Of a DNA stretch of 17,277 bases, positions 7,723 through 14,040 are shown piece after piece. The stretch lies in IMG/VR virus record IMGVR_UViG_2529292908_000014, positions 1 to 17,277 of that record. One strand, written 5' to 3'. This stretch comes from a virus. Lineage: Duplodnaviria; Heunggongvirae; Uroviricota; Caudoviricetes. Both the position numbers and the translations under genes were made by a program. The notes beneath the pieces were generated by a model. It had not been told where the DNA came from. It searched no databases and saw only the letters and a program-made list of their open reading frames with translations. The stretch's first letter is position 1, and each line of letters opens with the position of its first letter.

Positions 7723-8104
7723 TTCCACCCCCTCCGCCGCGCAGTCTGGAAAACAGGCCGAACAGCGATGAAATTTCCTGTTGATAAAGAAAGGTCAGTA
7801 TCTTGATGGATAACGCCGAGACACCGACCGCACACAATGCATCGAGCGGCTTGTCGTTGTAGTGGGTCAGCCACTGCATCAGTGACGCAGCCACGCCAGC
7901 CCCCAGAACGCCAACCACAAATGCGACGAGCAGGTGGATGGCCATTCGCCAGACCGGGATTTCTTTCTGCTGCGTGACAACAAAAAGCGCCCCGGCAAAC
8001 GCGCCCACCACAACCCCGAAATCGGTATTGGTGAGAAGACCAAACACACTGGCACCACCAATGGTGACTGCCACAGCTCCACCGCCTGATAAGGGTTCAG
8101 ACAT
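7712..8104 (-). CDS. Membrane protein with 3-4 predicted transmembrane segments (putative holin)
   Basis: ATG at 8102-8104 preceded by AGGAGAAA; 130 codons; Gly/Ala-rich hydrophobic helices (…AVAVTIGGASVFGLL…, …FGVVVGAFAGALFVV…, …AIHLLVAFVVGVLGAGVAASLM…); first gene of the lysis cassette. Confidence 0.5.
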   Translation of the reverse strand: MSEPLSGGGAVAVTIGGASVFGLLTNTDFGVVVGAFAGALFVVTQQKEIPVWRMAIHLLVAFVVGVLGAGVAASLMQWLTHYNDKPLDALCAVGVSALSIKILTFLYQQEISSLFGLFSRLRGGGGGNGK

Positions 8105-8286
8105 GAGTTTCTCCTGTAAATCTGAGCCACTGACGGCCCGTAAATAACACCCTGTCAAAGGCACAGAAGCCTTTTGCAGGGCGCTATCCCTTAAGGTGCC
8201 TTGTGGTCTGAGTGGACAGGGTAAACGGTCTGGTGTGGTGGGTACTGCTGAGGGAGTTCAGCACCCCGCGGCGGCGGGGTGATAAA

Positions 8287-8565
8287 TCAGAAGCGGGAAA
8301 GAGAATCCGGCGTAATAAGAGGTTTATTACAAAGCGGAGCAGAGGCGTTCGCCTTTTCCATCGCTGCACGCATCTCGTTTTCGCTGGCGATGATGTCAGC
8401 AATGGCACACTGCAACGCTTCTTCCTGAACAACCATATCCGGTTGTTCGGCCATTCGGTTTAGCTGGCTGGCCAGATTTTTCATATAAGCGAAGCGGCGT
8501 CCGGCAGCATCCCGGGCCTGCTCTGAGTAGGCTGTATACTCGCCAAGTGCCGTATAGTTGGTCAT
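8287..8565 (-). CDS. Hypothetical protein (92 aa) in the position where Mu has the late activator C
   Basis: ATG at 8563-8565 with a strong Shine-Dalgarno sequence (AAAAAGGAGACACTT-ATG); no Mor/C-like motif. Confidence 0.4.
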   Translation of the reverse strand: MTNYTALGEYTAYSEQARDAAGRRFAYMKNLASQLNRMAEQPDMVVQEEALQCAIADIIASENEMRAAMEKANASAPLCNKPLITPDSLSRF

Positions 8566-8591
8566 AAGTGTCTCCTTTTTTCTGAGGCCCA

Positions 8592-9059
8592 TTAATCAAA
8601 AAGCCCCACCTGGGTGGGGCTTTTCAGCGAAGTCTGTTTTTGTCGTCGGTGTATCAGCTGCCATGCGTACCGGTCTGAAATCCCGTAACGGGGACAAAGC
8701 AGTGCCAGCGCCTGCCGGTGTGAAAATCCGTCTCTGATATGCTGCTGTAAATCAGCCATAAAACGGGCGTTACGCAGAGCACGTAACGCATGATCGCAAC
8801 GGGGAATGTAAAACGGAGCACCGCCAAGAAAGCGGATCAGTTTGTTGATTTCGTCTTCGGTCAGCACGTCATGTAACAGGGCATGGACACCGCCAGTACG
8901 TTCGGCGTGTGCGCCGGTTTTACCGCTTAACGTCACGCCACCAAAAGAACGAATCAACCGGGTCATGGCGGGGAAGCCAATCACGCTAATCAGTTGCTGC
9001 ACGGAATCGGGCAGCAGTGCCTGCGCATCGCGAAGATCTGTTTCACTGAAGGTCTGCAT
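8592..9059 (-). CDS. mor: Mor/C-family transcription activator (middle-operon regulator-like)
   Basis: 155-aa ORF, ATG at 9059 with GGAGA upstream. C-terminal region …LIRFLGGAPFYIPRCDHALRALRNARFMADLQQ…YGISDRYAWQLIHRR matches the Mor/C signature as I recall it (LGG..VYIPR … YG.S…VY.I). Lies immediately after gemA as mor does in Mu; being C instead cannot be excluded. Confidence 0.65.
   Translation of the reverse strand: MQTFSETDLRDAQALLPDSVQQLISVIGFPAMTRLIRSFGGVTLSGKTGAHAERTGGVHALLHDVLTEDEINKLIRFLGGAPFYIPRCDHALRALRNARFMADLQQHIRDGFSHRQALALLCPRYGISDRYAWQLIHRRQKQTSLKSPTQVGLFD
8596..8621 (-). terminator. Hairpin plus short T-tract overlapping the last codons of the mor-like gene (candidate intrinsic terminator, minus strand)
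   Basis: Minus-strand AGCCCCAC-CCAG-GTGGGGCT followed by TTTTGATTAA; 8-bp GC-rich stem, short U-tract. Confidence 0.4.
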
Positions 9060-9121
9060 GATGGCGTCTCCGGTAGTAACTTACTGTTATTATAGCCATA
9101 CATGATCGCCTGTACAGACCA

Positions 9122-9148
9122 CAAAAAAGCCCCTGCAAGGCAGGGGCT
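9122..9148 (-). terminator. Rho-independent terminator-like hairpin between gemA and the mor-like gene (minus strand)
   Basis: Minus-strand AGCCCCTGC-CTT-GCAGGGGCT followed by TTTTTTGT; 9-bp GC-rich stem, 6-T tract; starts 6 nt after the gemA stop. Confidence 0.55.
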
Positions 9149-9154
9149 GATTCT

Positions 9155-9568
9155 TTATTGTTTACGTGCTGCTCTGACTCGTTTTCTGGCGTCTTTTGTC
9201 AGCGCCACCATCACCCCGAAAAGCTGTTCATCCGTCAGCCATTCGATCACATGTTGCTTATACATGTGAGATGCCAGTCCTTCCGCATACACCCAGGAAC
9301 GACCGGCATCAGCCAGTAACGCTTCAATTTTGGATAATACCGATTTTCTGCTCATTGCAACACGAGGGCGGCGACCTTTACCAGCGGGGGCCTTGCGCGG
9401 AAATCCCTGTTCGTGCATGTATTCCCGGATGATGCGCAGTTCATCGAGATTGCAGCGTGTGGTGCTGGTTTTACCTGTCAGGCGGATCAGTGTCTGGCGA
9501 TAAAGAGCATCATCCCACCCCAGATATGCCTGACCGGCTTTAATGGCCCCGATCATCTTTTTCTGCAT
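9155..9568 (-). CDS. gemA: GemA-like regulatory protein (Mu gp16 family)
   Basis: ATG at 9566-9568 preceded by GAGGA; N-terminus MQKKMIGAIKAGQAYLGWDDALYRQTLIRLTGKTSTTRCNLDELRIIREYMHEQGF resembles GemA/DUF1018 proteins as I recall them. The six-frame ORF extends to 9667, but the internal ATG with RBS fits better. Confidence 0.7.
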   Translation of the reverse strand: MQKKMIGAIKAGQAYLGWDDALYRQTLIRLTGKTSTTRCNLDELRIIREYMHEQGFPRKAPAGKGRRPRVAMSRKSVLSKIEALLADAGRSWVYAEGLASHMYKQHVIEWLTDEQLFGVMVALTKDARKRVRAARKQ

Positions 9569-9854
9569 GTTTGTTATCCTCAAAACGCACGGTAAAACGT
9601 GAAACACCAATCCCCAACAGGAACGCGGCGGCACGGTCAAGAGACAGCCACGTCTTGTAATCGCCACGGCGTTCCTGTAGAAAACAGGACACCCCGGCGC
9701 GGCGATTCACAGCGAAGAGGTGATACACACCCCCGAACCGCTGCACGACGAACTCATCCACGCCACCGCTTTCAGCCTGTTGCCTGAAAGCTGCCATTCC
9801 GATTTGTTCAATCTTCATAATGACCAAAACATCATTTTTGGCAGACCAAAACAT
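9540..9854 (-). CDS. Hypothetical early protein (up to 104 aa; start uncertain among 9854, 9818, 9797)
   Basis: Open frame overlapping the gemA start by 29 nt; no convincing Shine-Dalgarno sequence for any start; the longest start lies inside the 28-bp palindrome. Confidence 0.35.
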   Translation of the reverse strand: MFWSAKNDVLVIMKIEQIGMAAFRQQAESGGVDEFVVQRFGGVYHLFAVNRRAGVSCFLQERRGDYKTWLSLDRAAAFLLGIGVSRFTVRFEDNKHAEKDDRGH

Positions 9855-9868
9855 ATGTTTTGGTCTGC
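9841..9868. promoter_or_regulatory. 28-bp perfect palindrome GCAGACCAAAACATATGTTTTGGTCTGC, with a third direct half-site copy at 9822-9832; candidate operator
   Basis: Read directly and checked base by base for self-complementarity; half-site GACCAAAACAT present three times; sits in the 215-bp intergenic gap 9855-10071. Confidence 0.5.
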
Positions 9869-10071
9869 TGTTGGTTATTATTTAATTACTTTGCGTTAGT
9901 GTGATTCTTCCAGCGATTTTGGGCTGCGCTGGGCTTGTTAAGGGAACACATCACAATATCAGCTGTGTTTGTGAACAAACCCATTCTGCGGTTACTGAGT
10001 TTTAGCCATTGCTGGACGCCGCGAGCGTTTCTACAGGTCAAAAGAATTTTTGCTTTACGTTTTTCATCTGA

Positions 10072-10380
10072 TTATTCCCCTGAAATCAGTCCTGAACGGA
10101 TTACTGTTTTTGCAATATGCGCCCGTAATTGCTGCGTTCCGTGGTATTTGATTGCCACATCGCGTAATTTATTAACCAGCTCCCTGAGCTGATACTCTTT
10201 TGCTCCCGGTGTCACCGGAATGATTCCTGCTCTCCGGTATTCCTGAAGCTCCAGCAGGGACTGCCGTAAGAGCGTCCACCACTCTCTGTCTACAATCGGC
10301 CCGCGCATATCAAGCATTTTGTCAGCATCGGCAATCAGTCTGGTCAGGCTCTTATCGCTTATTCTGGTTTGCTGGTTCAC
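10072..10380 (-). CDS. Hypothetical early protein (102 aa)
   Basis: GTG at 10378-10380 overlaps the upstream TGA (GTGA coupling); first ATG at 10317; no recognised motif. Confidence 0.4.
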   Translation of the reverse strand: MNQQTRISDKSLTRLIADADKMLDMRGPIVDREWWTLLRQSLLELQEYRRAGIIPVTPGAKEYQLRELVNKLRDVAIKYHGTQQLRAHIAKTVIRSGLISGE

Positions 10381-10667
10381 TGCGCCGCCTCCTGCTCATT
10401 TTTTTCACTCCGGTATACCAAAATCACGATATCTCCCTGGGTAATTACGCGTGCCGGATCTCCCTGCTGCATACGGTCAATATCAAAAGCGTCATTAAAC
10501 GCATTTAGCGCCTTCACGCGCTTGTCTTTGCGGCGACGTTTTTCACATTGCTTAAAGAACGAAGAAATCAACCACCTGAATGACATAAAAATGATATAGC
10601 CATAACCGATAAGCGCCAGACCTGTATTCATGGCTACATCTATCGTTATCGTTTTATCAATGACCAT
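10377..10667 (-). CDS. Small membrane protein (96 aa, one N-terminal transmembrane helix, basic cytoplasmic segment)
   Basis: ATG at 10667 preceded by AGGAGG; hydrophobic stretch NTGLALIGYGYIIFMSF followed by KQCEKRRRKDKR. Confidence 0.45.
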   Translation of the reverse strand: MVIDKTITIDVAMNTGLALIGYGYIIFMSFRWLISSFFKQCEKRRRKDKRVKALNAFNDAFDIDRMQQGDPARVITQGDIVILVYRSEKNEQEAAQ

Positions 10668-10887
10668 TGCCAGCCTCCTGTTTTGCCACCTTAAACGCCC
10701 GTAACATCGGAACCGTTTTACCGGTGATGACTGTTCTCATTAAAAGACCGCCACCGCTCTCATGGCGCACTTCAGGAGCAACAAACAGCGCCGCATCCAC
10801 AACCCGGCGATAGCGGCGGAACTCCCAGAACCAGCAGGTAACAATGATTTTTGCGGTGACTCCGTAGTCATAAAATTCAATATTCAT
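10657..10887 (-). CDS. Hypothetical early protein (76 aa)
   Basis: ATG at 10885-10887 overlapping the upstream TGA (ATGA coupling). Confidence 0.4.
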   Translation of the reverse strand: MNIEFYDYGVTAKIIVTCWFWEFRRYRRVVDAALFVAPEVRHESGGGLLMRTVITGKTVPMLRAFKVAKQEAGNGH

Positions 10888-11111
10888 TTGCAGTTAAACC
10901 TTCTTTTGTGACGTTCTACAGCAGCTTTCATGGCGTTGTGCACGGTTCTTTTAATAATCCGGCGTCCCGCACTGTCATAGAACCGCCACCGGGAAGCCCC
11001 CGGATATTCAGGGAACTCAACCGCCGCGCTACCGTCATTCATCCTGTATTCGTGGCGTTCTCCGGGCGGCTGGTATATTGCTTCGGTAACACTGAGAAGT
11101 TTAAAAGCCAT
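10884..11111 (-). CDS. Hypothetical early protein (75 aa)
   Basis: ATG at 11111 preceded by GGGGAGGGTG. Confidence 0.45.
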   Translation of the reverse strand: MAFKLLSVTEAIYQPPGERHEYRMNDGSAAVEFPEYPGASRWRFYDSAGRRIIKRTVHNAMKAAVERHKRRFNCK

Positions 11112-11823
11112 CGTTACACCCTCCCCAGTGCCAGCGTTTTGTTGCTCTGACCATTAACCCCCTGATGCAGTCTGGCGTTTTTCCCGGCGATAAAACCGGC
11201 TGTAGCGGCAGACTCTGCACCCCGGCACGCTTTAGCGGTGCGCATATCCCCGTCGCGCAGTCCCTTGGTGCTGTGCAGGTTCTTTCTGTAAAGCTCAAGG
11301 CGGCTTTTTCTTCCGGGGAGACGTCATACACCGCAATGACATCACGGGCACCAAAGACCCAGCCTTCGCAGAACTGGTCGCCACGGGCCACCCGCGTGGA
11401 CGGGCCGCAACGTTTGCAGTGTTTATCCTGATATTTCTTGCGCTCTGCCATCATCTGACGGGAAAGCACATCAAACGCGTAGGCCGCGATTTCCGGGCGG
11501 CTGTCAGGACCATAAAAACGAACGTAACGCTTGAGTGAACCAGAAGCCCGGTATTCGCCGGAGATGTAACACTCGACACCGAAGGCTTTACAGACCAGGT
11601 CACACAGGATGTGCATATAACGCGGCGGTGTACTGGCATCACTCGGCGCACCCGCGCTGGCAGCGTCCTGAATGTCGAACAATTCCGCGTCGTTTTCGCT
11701 GATACCATGCTGGCGCATATAAGCCTGGGCTTTTGCAATAGCGTTAGCGGCTTCTTCCGGGCTTGATGTCCCTCTTGCAAGGCGTAACAGCTTTTTAATT
11801 TTGGCGATGTATTTATTTTTCAT
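11101..11823 (-). CDS. DUF2786-like protein with Cys-rich C-terminal region
   Basis: N-terminus MKNKYIAKIKKLLRLARGTSSPEEAANAIAKAQAYMRQHGISENDAEL matches the DUF2786 pattern as I recall it; several Cys pairs downstream (…CDLVC…, …CKRCGPS…FCEGW…); ATG at 11823. Confidence 0.6.
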   Translation of the reverse strand: MKNKYIAKIKKLLRLARGTSSPEEAANAIAKAQAYMRQHGISENDAELFDIQDAASAGAPSDASTPPRYMHILCDLVCKAFGVECYISGEYRASGSLKRYVRFYGPDSRPEIAAYAFDVLSRQMMAERKKYQDKHCKRCGPSTRVARGDQFCEGWVFGARDVIAVYDVSPEEKAALSFTERTCTAPRDCATGICAPLKRAGVQSLPLQPVLSPGKTPDCIRGLMVRATKRWHWGGCNDGF

Positions 11824-12040
11824 GGTCGTCTGAACCTCAGCATCCTGAATTCTGAATTACGCAACTTCCGGCACGGCCTTCAGGAACATGGGGAGTTCGT
11901 TCTGGCTGCGGTACTGAATGAGCATCTGCTGTCGATTGAGAACTGGTCGCAAGACGATTAAAACAAACGATTGTCAGATTAATTTCGCGGGCGAACTTTT
12001 TTTGCTTTGCGATATTCATAAATAAACTCTCTCTGACTCA

Positions 12041-12078
12041 GGCGTAAGCCAGCCCCGGCGGGTTTACGCCTGTTTTAA
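12041..12078 (+). terminator. Plus-strand hairpin plus T-tract (intrinsic terminator-like) in the opposite orientation to all surrounding genes
   Basis: GGCGTAA…(16 nt, partly self-pairing)…TTACGCC followed by TGTTTTAAAT; the minus-strand reading has no U-tract. Confidence 0.35.
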
Positions 12079-12101
12079 ATAACAATTAAAAACAAATTAA
12101 A

Positions 12102-12293
12102 TTAATGCGGTGCTTTCAGTGTTTCGATTTTAACGAAATAAGGCTCGACATTAATTTCAACCACACAACCACATTTAAAATCTCTGGCAGGTGAAACGGT
12201 TTTCACCACACGACCACCACGCAACGCCGGATGTGCAGTGTGCATGAAGCGAGTCCCTACCGGATACTGCTTATTAAAGTTCTTCGCATTCAT
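12102..12293 (-). CDS. Hypothetical early protein (63 aa)
   Basis: ATG at 12291-12293; overlaps the 3' end of the preceding ORF by 20 nt; no motif recognised. Confidence 0.35.
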   Translation of the reverse strand: MNAKNFNKQYPVGTRFMHTAHPALRGGRVVKTVSPARDFKCGCVVEINVEPYFVKIETLKAPH

Positions 12294-12507
12294 GGCGTGG
12301 CCTCCAGCCCTTCAGGTGAGCGTTAGCGCAGAACTCCGCACGATGTTCAGCCCAGATGCGGCGCAGGGTGCTACACGGGCTTTGCGCTGCCTTGCGCCAC
12401 AGTTTTTCTGCCTCATCATAATCGCCGCGTTGTTCTGCTCTGGATGCACCCAGCGAATACGCCGCGCAACGATTTCCGGCTCTGTACTCTTTGATATCCT
12501 GATGCAT
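12274..12507 (-). CDS. Small protein, possibly ANR-family-like regulator (77 aa)
   Basis: ATG at 12505-12507, 1 nt after the upstream TAA; pattern …AEQRGDYDEAEKLWRKAA…WAEHRAEFC… resembles small ANR-type proteins as I recall them (low certainty). Confidence 0.35.
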   Translation of the reverse strand: MHQDIKEYRAGNRCAAYSLGASRAEQRGDYDEAEKLWRKAAQSPCSTLRRIWAEHRAEFCANAHLKGWRPRHECEEL

Positions 12508-12508
12508 G

Positions 12509-13153
12509 TTAAACCCCTGCAATATCAAGCGGGATTGCGCGGTATTCATCAGAATCACCAACGCGCTCATACACACGAATATAGCTCTTGCTGCCAATCA
12601 CCTGGACGGCTTCACCAATCAGCATCATGGCGTTATTCCAGCGTTCGTCCTCAATTTCGAGGCGACGCAGGGCCAGAACGCGCCCTGTGTTAATGTTGCC
12701 TTCCTTGTCCGTGCTGAATGCCTCGCTAATGATGGCTTTAATTTCAGGGCGCGCACCTTCCGTCCAGTCAGCCAGGCAATCATCAATCAGCGACTTCGCG
12801 GTCTGAATGCGTTCATCAAACGCGATACGGTCCTGCATGGCGCGCTGAATCTTGTATCGCCCGTCAAAGCTGTAAAGCGTGATATTGCCTTTTTTGCCGC
12901 CTTTCACAGCGCCGTATTTCTCCGCCGACAGGTCAATAAATGCCTGGATATCACCAAACGCACGCAGTTTCAGTTCCCGCAGTGAGGCGGAGGCAGCAAT
13001 CACCATCTCCACAAGCTCACCGACCAGCTGCTCGCGGTCGCGGTCAATATCTTTGATAAGGCTTTCAGGTGTCATTACGCCACGGGCATCCACCCAGTAA
13101 CCTTCAGGCGCTTGAGTTTTCGTGTATTGCTTAACTTTATTTTCAGTCGTCAT
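12509..13153 (-). CDS. Mu-like early-region protein (214 aa), possibly DUF3164 family; does not resemble Mu Gam as I recall it
   Basis: ATG at 13151-13153 preceded by GAGGT; long clean ORF; family assignment from memory only. Confidence 0.5.
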   Translation of the reverse strand: MTTENKVKQYTKTQAPEGYWVDARGVMTPESLIKDIDRDREQLVGELVEMVIAASASLRELKLRAFGDIQAFIDLSAEKYGAVKGGKKGNITLYSFDGRYKIQRAMQDRIAFDERIQTAKSLIDDCLADWTEGARPEIKAIISEAFSTDKEGNINTGRVLALRRLEIEDERWNNAMMLIGEAVQVIGSKSYIRVYERVGDSDEYRAIPLDIAGV

Positions 13154-13182
13154 AATTAAATTACCTCAGTGATATTTACAGA

Positions 13183-13398
13183 TTAATGTGTGTTATGTGC
13201 GCGAGGCGCAACGTTTTCAGAAAAAAGATTCACGCCGTTATAGTCATTTCTAAGCGTTTCCTTGATAACATTATGTAATCCTGTTGCCACCTGAAGCTCC
13301 CTTTTGGAAGTGCCATCCTTCGAATAACTCCCTGTAATCCGGGTAAGAGTCGCGCCTTTTTCATTGGTATAGATAATTACTTCTAATTTAACCGCCAT
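13183..13398 (-). CDS. Hypothetical early protein (71 aa)
   Basis: ATG at 13396-13398 preceded by GAGAGGAAA; begins 13 nt after the upstream TGA. Confidence 0.5.
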   Translation of the reverse strand: MAVKLEVIIYTNEKGATLTRITGSYSKDGTSKRELQVATGLHNVIKETLRNDYNGVNLFSENVAPRAHNTH

Positions 13399-13410
13399 TC
13401 TGATTTCCTC

Positions 13411-13650
13411 TCATTGCCATACGACGGTACAGCCGTCGATACAGGACGTTTTAACCACGCGGCGCAGGCCGCTGAATGTCTGAACGATTTCCGTTACCGG
13501 CCATACAGGACCACCCACAGGCGGGCAGGCATAAACCACAGGTAAACGGTGATGCTGCCCCGTTACGCGACCGCCAGTGGTATGGATAGCCACACGGGCA
13601 CGGGAACGGACGGCATTAATGGCCTGCTTTTCCATCATTTTGTTCTCCAT
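13411..13650 (-). CDS. Hypothetical early protein (79 aa from ATG at 13650; MENKMMEKQ…), contains several Cys
   Basis: ATG at 13648-13650 overlaps a TGA as TGATG; this junction lies inside the downstream copy of the 19-bp direct repeat; the six-frame ORF extends to 13728. Confidence 0.4.
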   Translation of the reverse strand: MENKMMEKQAINAVRSRARVAIHTTGGRVTGQHHRLPVVYACPPVGGPVWPVTEIVQTFSGLRRVVKTSCIDGCTVVWQ

Positions 13651-13668
13651 CAGTGAATTAACATTTCT
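13650..13668. repeat. 19-bp direct repeat, copy 1 (tcagtgaattaacatttct)
   Basis: Exact match to 14022-14040, read directly; on the coding strand it encodes E-M-L-I-H-stop. Confidence 0.8.
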
Positions 13669-13789
13669 CTGCTGTATTATCTGAGCGTAAACGCCAGTCG
13701 GGGCTGATACCGGGGCAGGTGGGCACACATGCGTGCAAGGCGGTAAGCCCGACGAAACCCCTGCAAAGTCTGCTCAAAAGGAATAATCA

Positions 13790-14008
13790 TTAATCGCGCA
13801 CAGCATTCATCAACATCCCAGTCGTCGCTGGTGTTTCCGGTTCCATTGATTTCCCGTTCGCGGGAATATAAATCAATACGCAGTTCACCCGGCACGAAGC
13901 AATCAACAAACGGAATAATTTCACCGGGGGTTCCATTAAAATAAATACAACCATTACGACCGATATTCCGTAGTGCTTTAATTTCTTTTTTACGGCAATC
14001 TGTTCCAT
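13790..14008 (-). CDS. Hypothetical small protein (72 aa) at the Mu kil position; gene call uncertain
   Basis: ATG at 14006-14008, 13 nt after the B stop, weak AAGG upstream. An alternative stop-free frame (B's frame, 14021->13680, 114 codons without a canonical start) overlaps it, so which frame is coding is unresolved. Confidence 0.3.
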   Translation of the reverse strand: MEQIAVKKKLKHYGISVVMVVFILMEPPVKLFRLLIASCRVNCVLIYIPANGKSMEPETPATTGMLMNAVRD

Positions 14009-14021
14009 ACCTGACCTTTAC

Positions 14022-14040
14022 TCAGTGAATTAACATTTCT
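14022..14040. repeat. 19-bp direct repeat, copy 2 (tcagtgaattaacatttct), covering the last codons and stop of B
   Basis: Exact match to 13650-13668. Confidence 0.8.

Noticed and set aside
8262-8281. GC-rich hairpin CACCCCGCGGCGGCGGGGTG considered as an intrinsic terminator
   Set aside because: No U-tract on either strand; more likely an RNA stability element or coincidental palindrome. Noted in a finding but not called as a terminator.
11837-12019. Minus-strand 60-aa ORF in the AT-rich intergenic gap
   Set aside because: Low-complexity C-terminal half and only a weak GAGAGAG upstream; could be real but evidence is insufficient, so the region is treated as intergenic or regulatory.
12506-12985. 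Plus-strand 159-aa ORF antisense to the 214-aa early gene, and 14358-14897 antisense to B
   Set aside because: Entirely contained in the opposite strand of better-supported genes; no independent evidence.
12509-13153. 214-aa early protein considered as the Mu Gam host-nuclease inhibitor
   Set aside because: Size and sequence do not resemble Mu Gam (~174 aa, Ku-like) as far as I can recall; left as a Mu-like early protein, possibly DUF3164.
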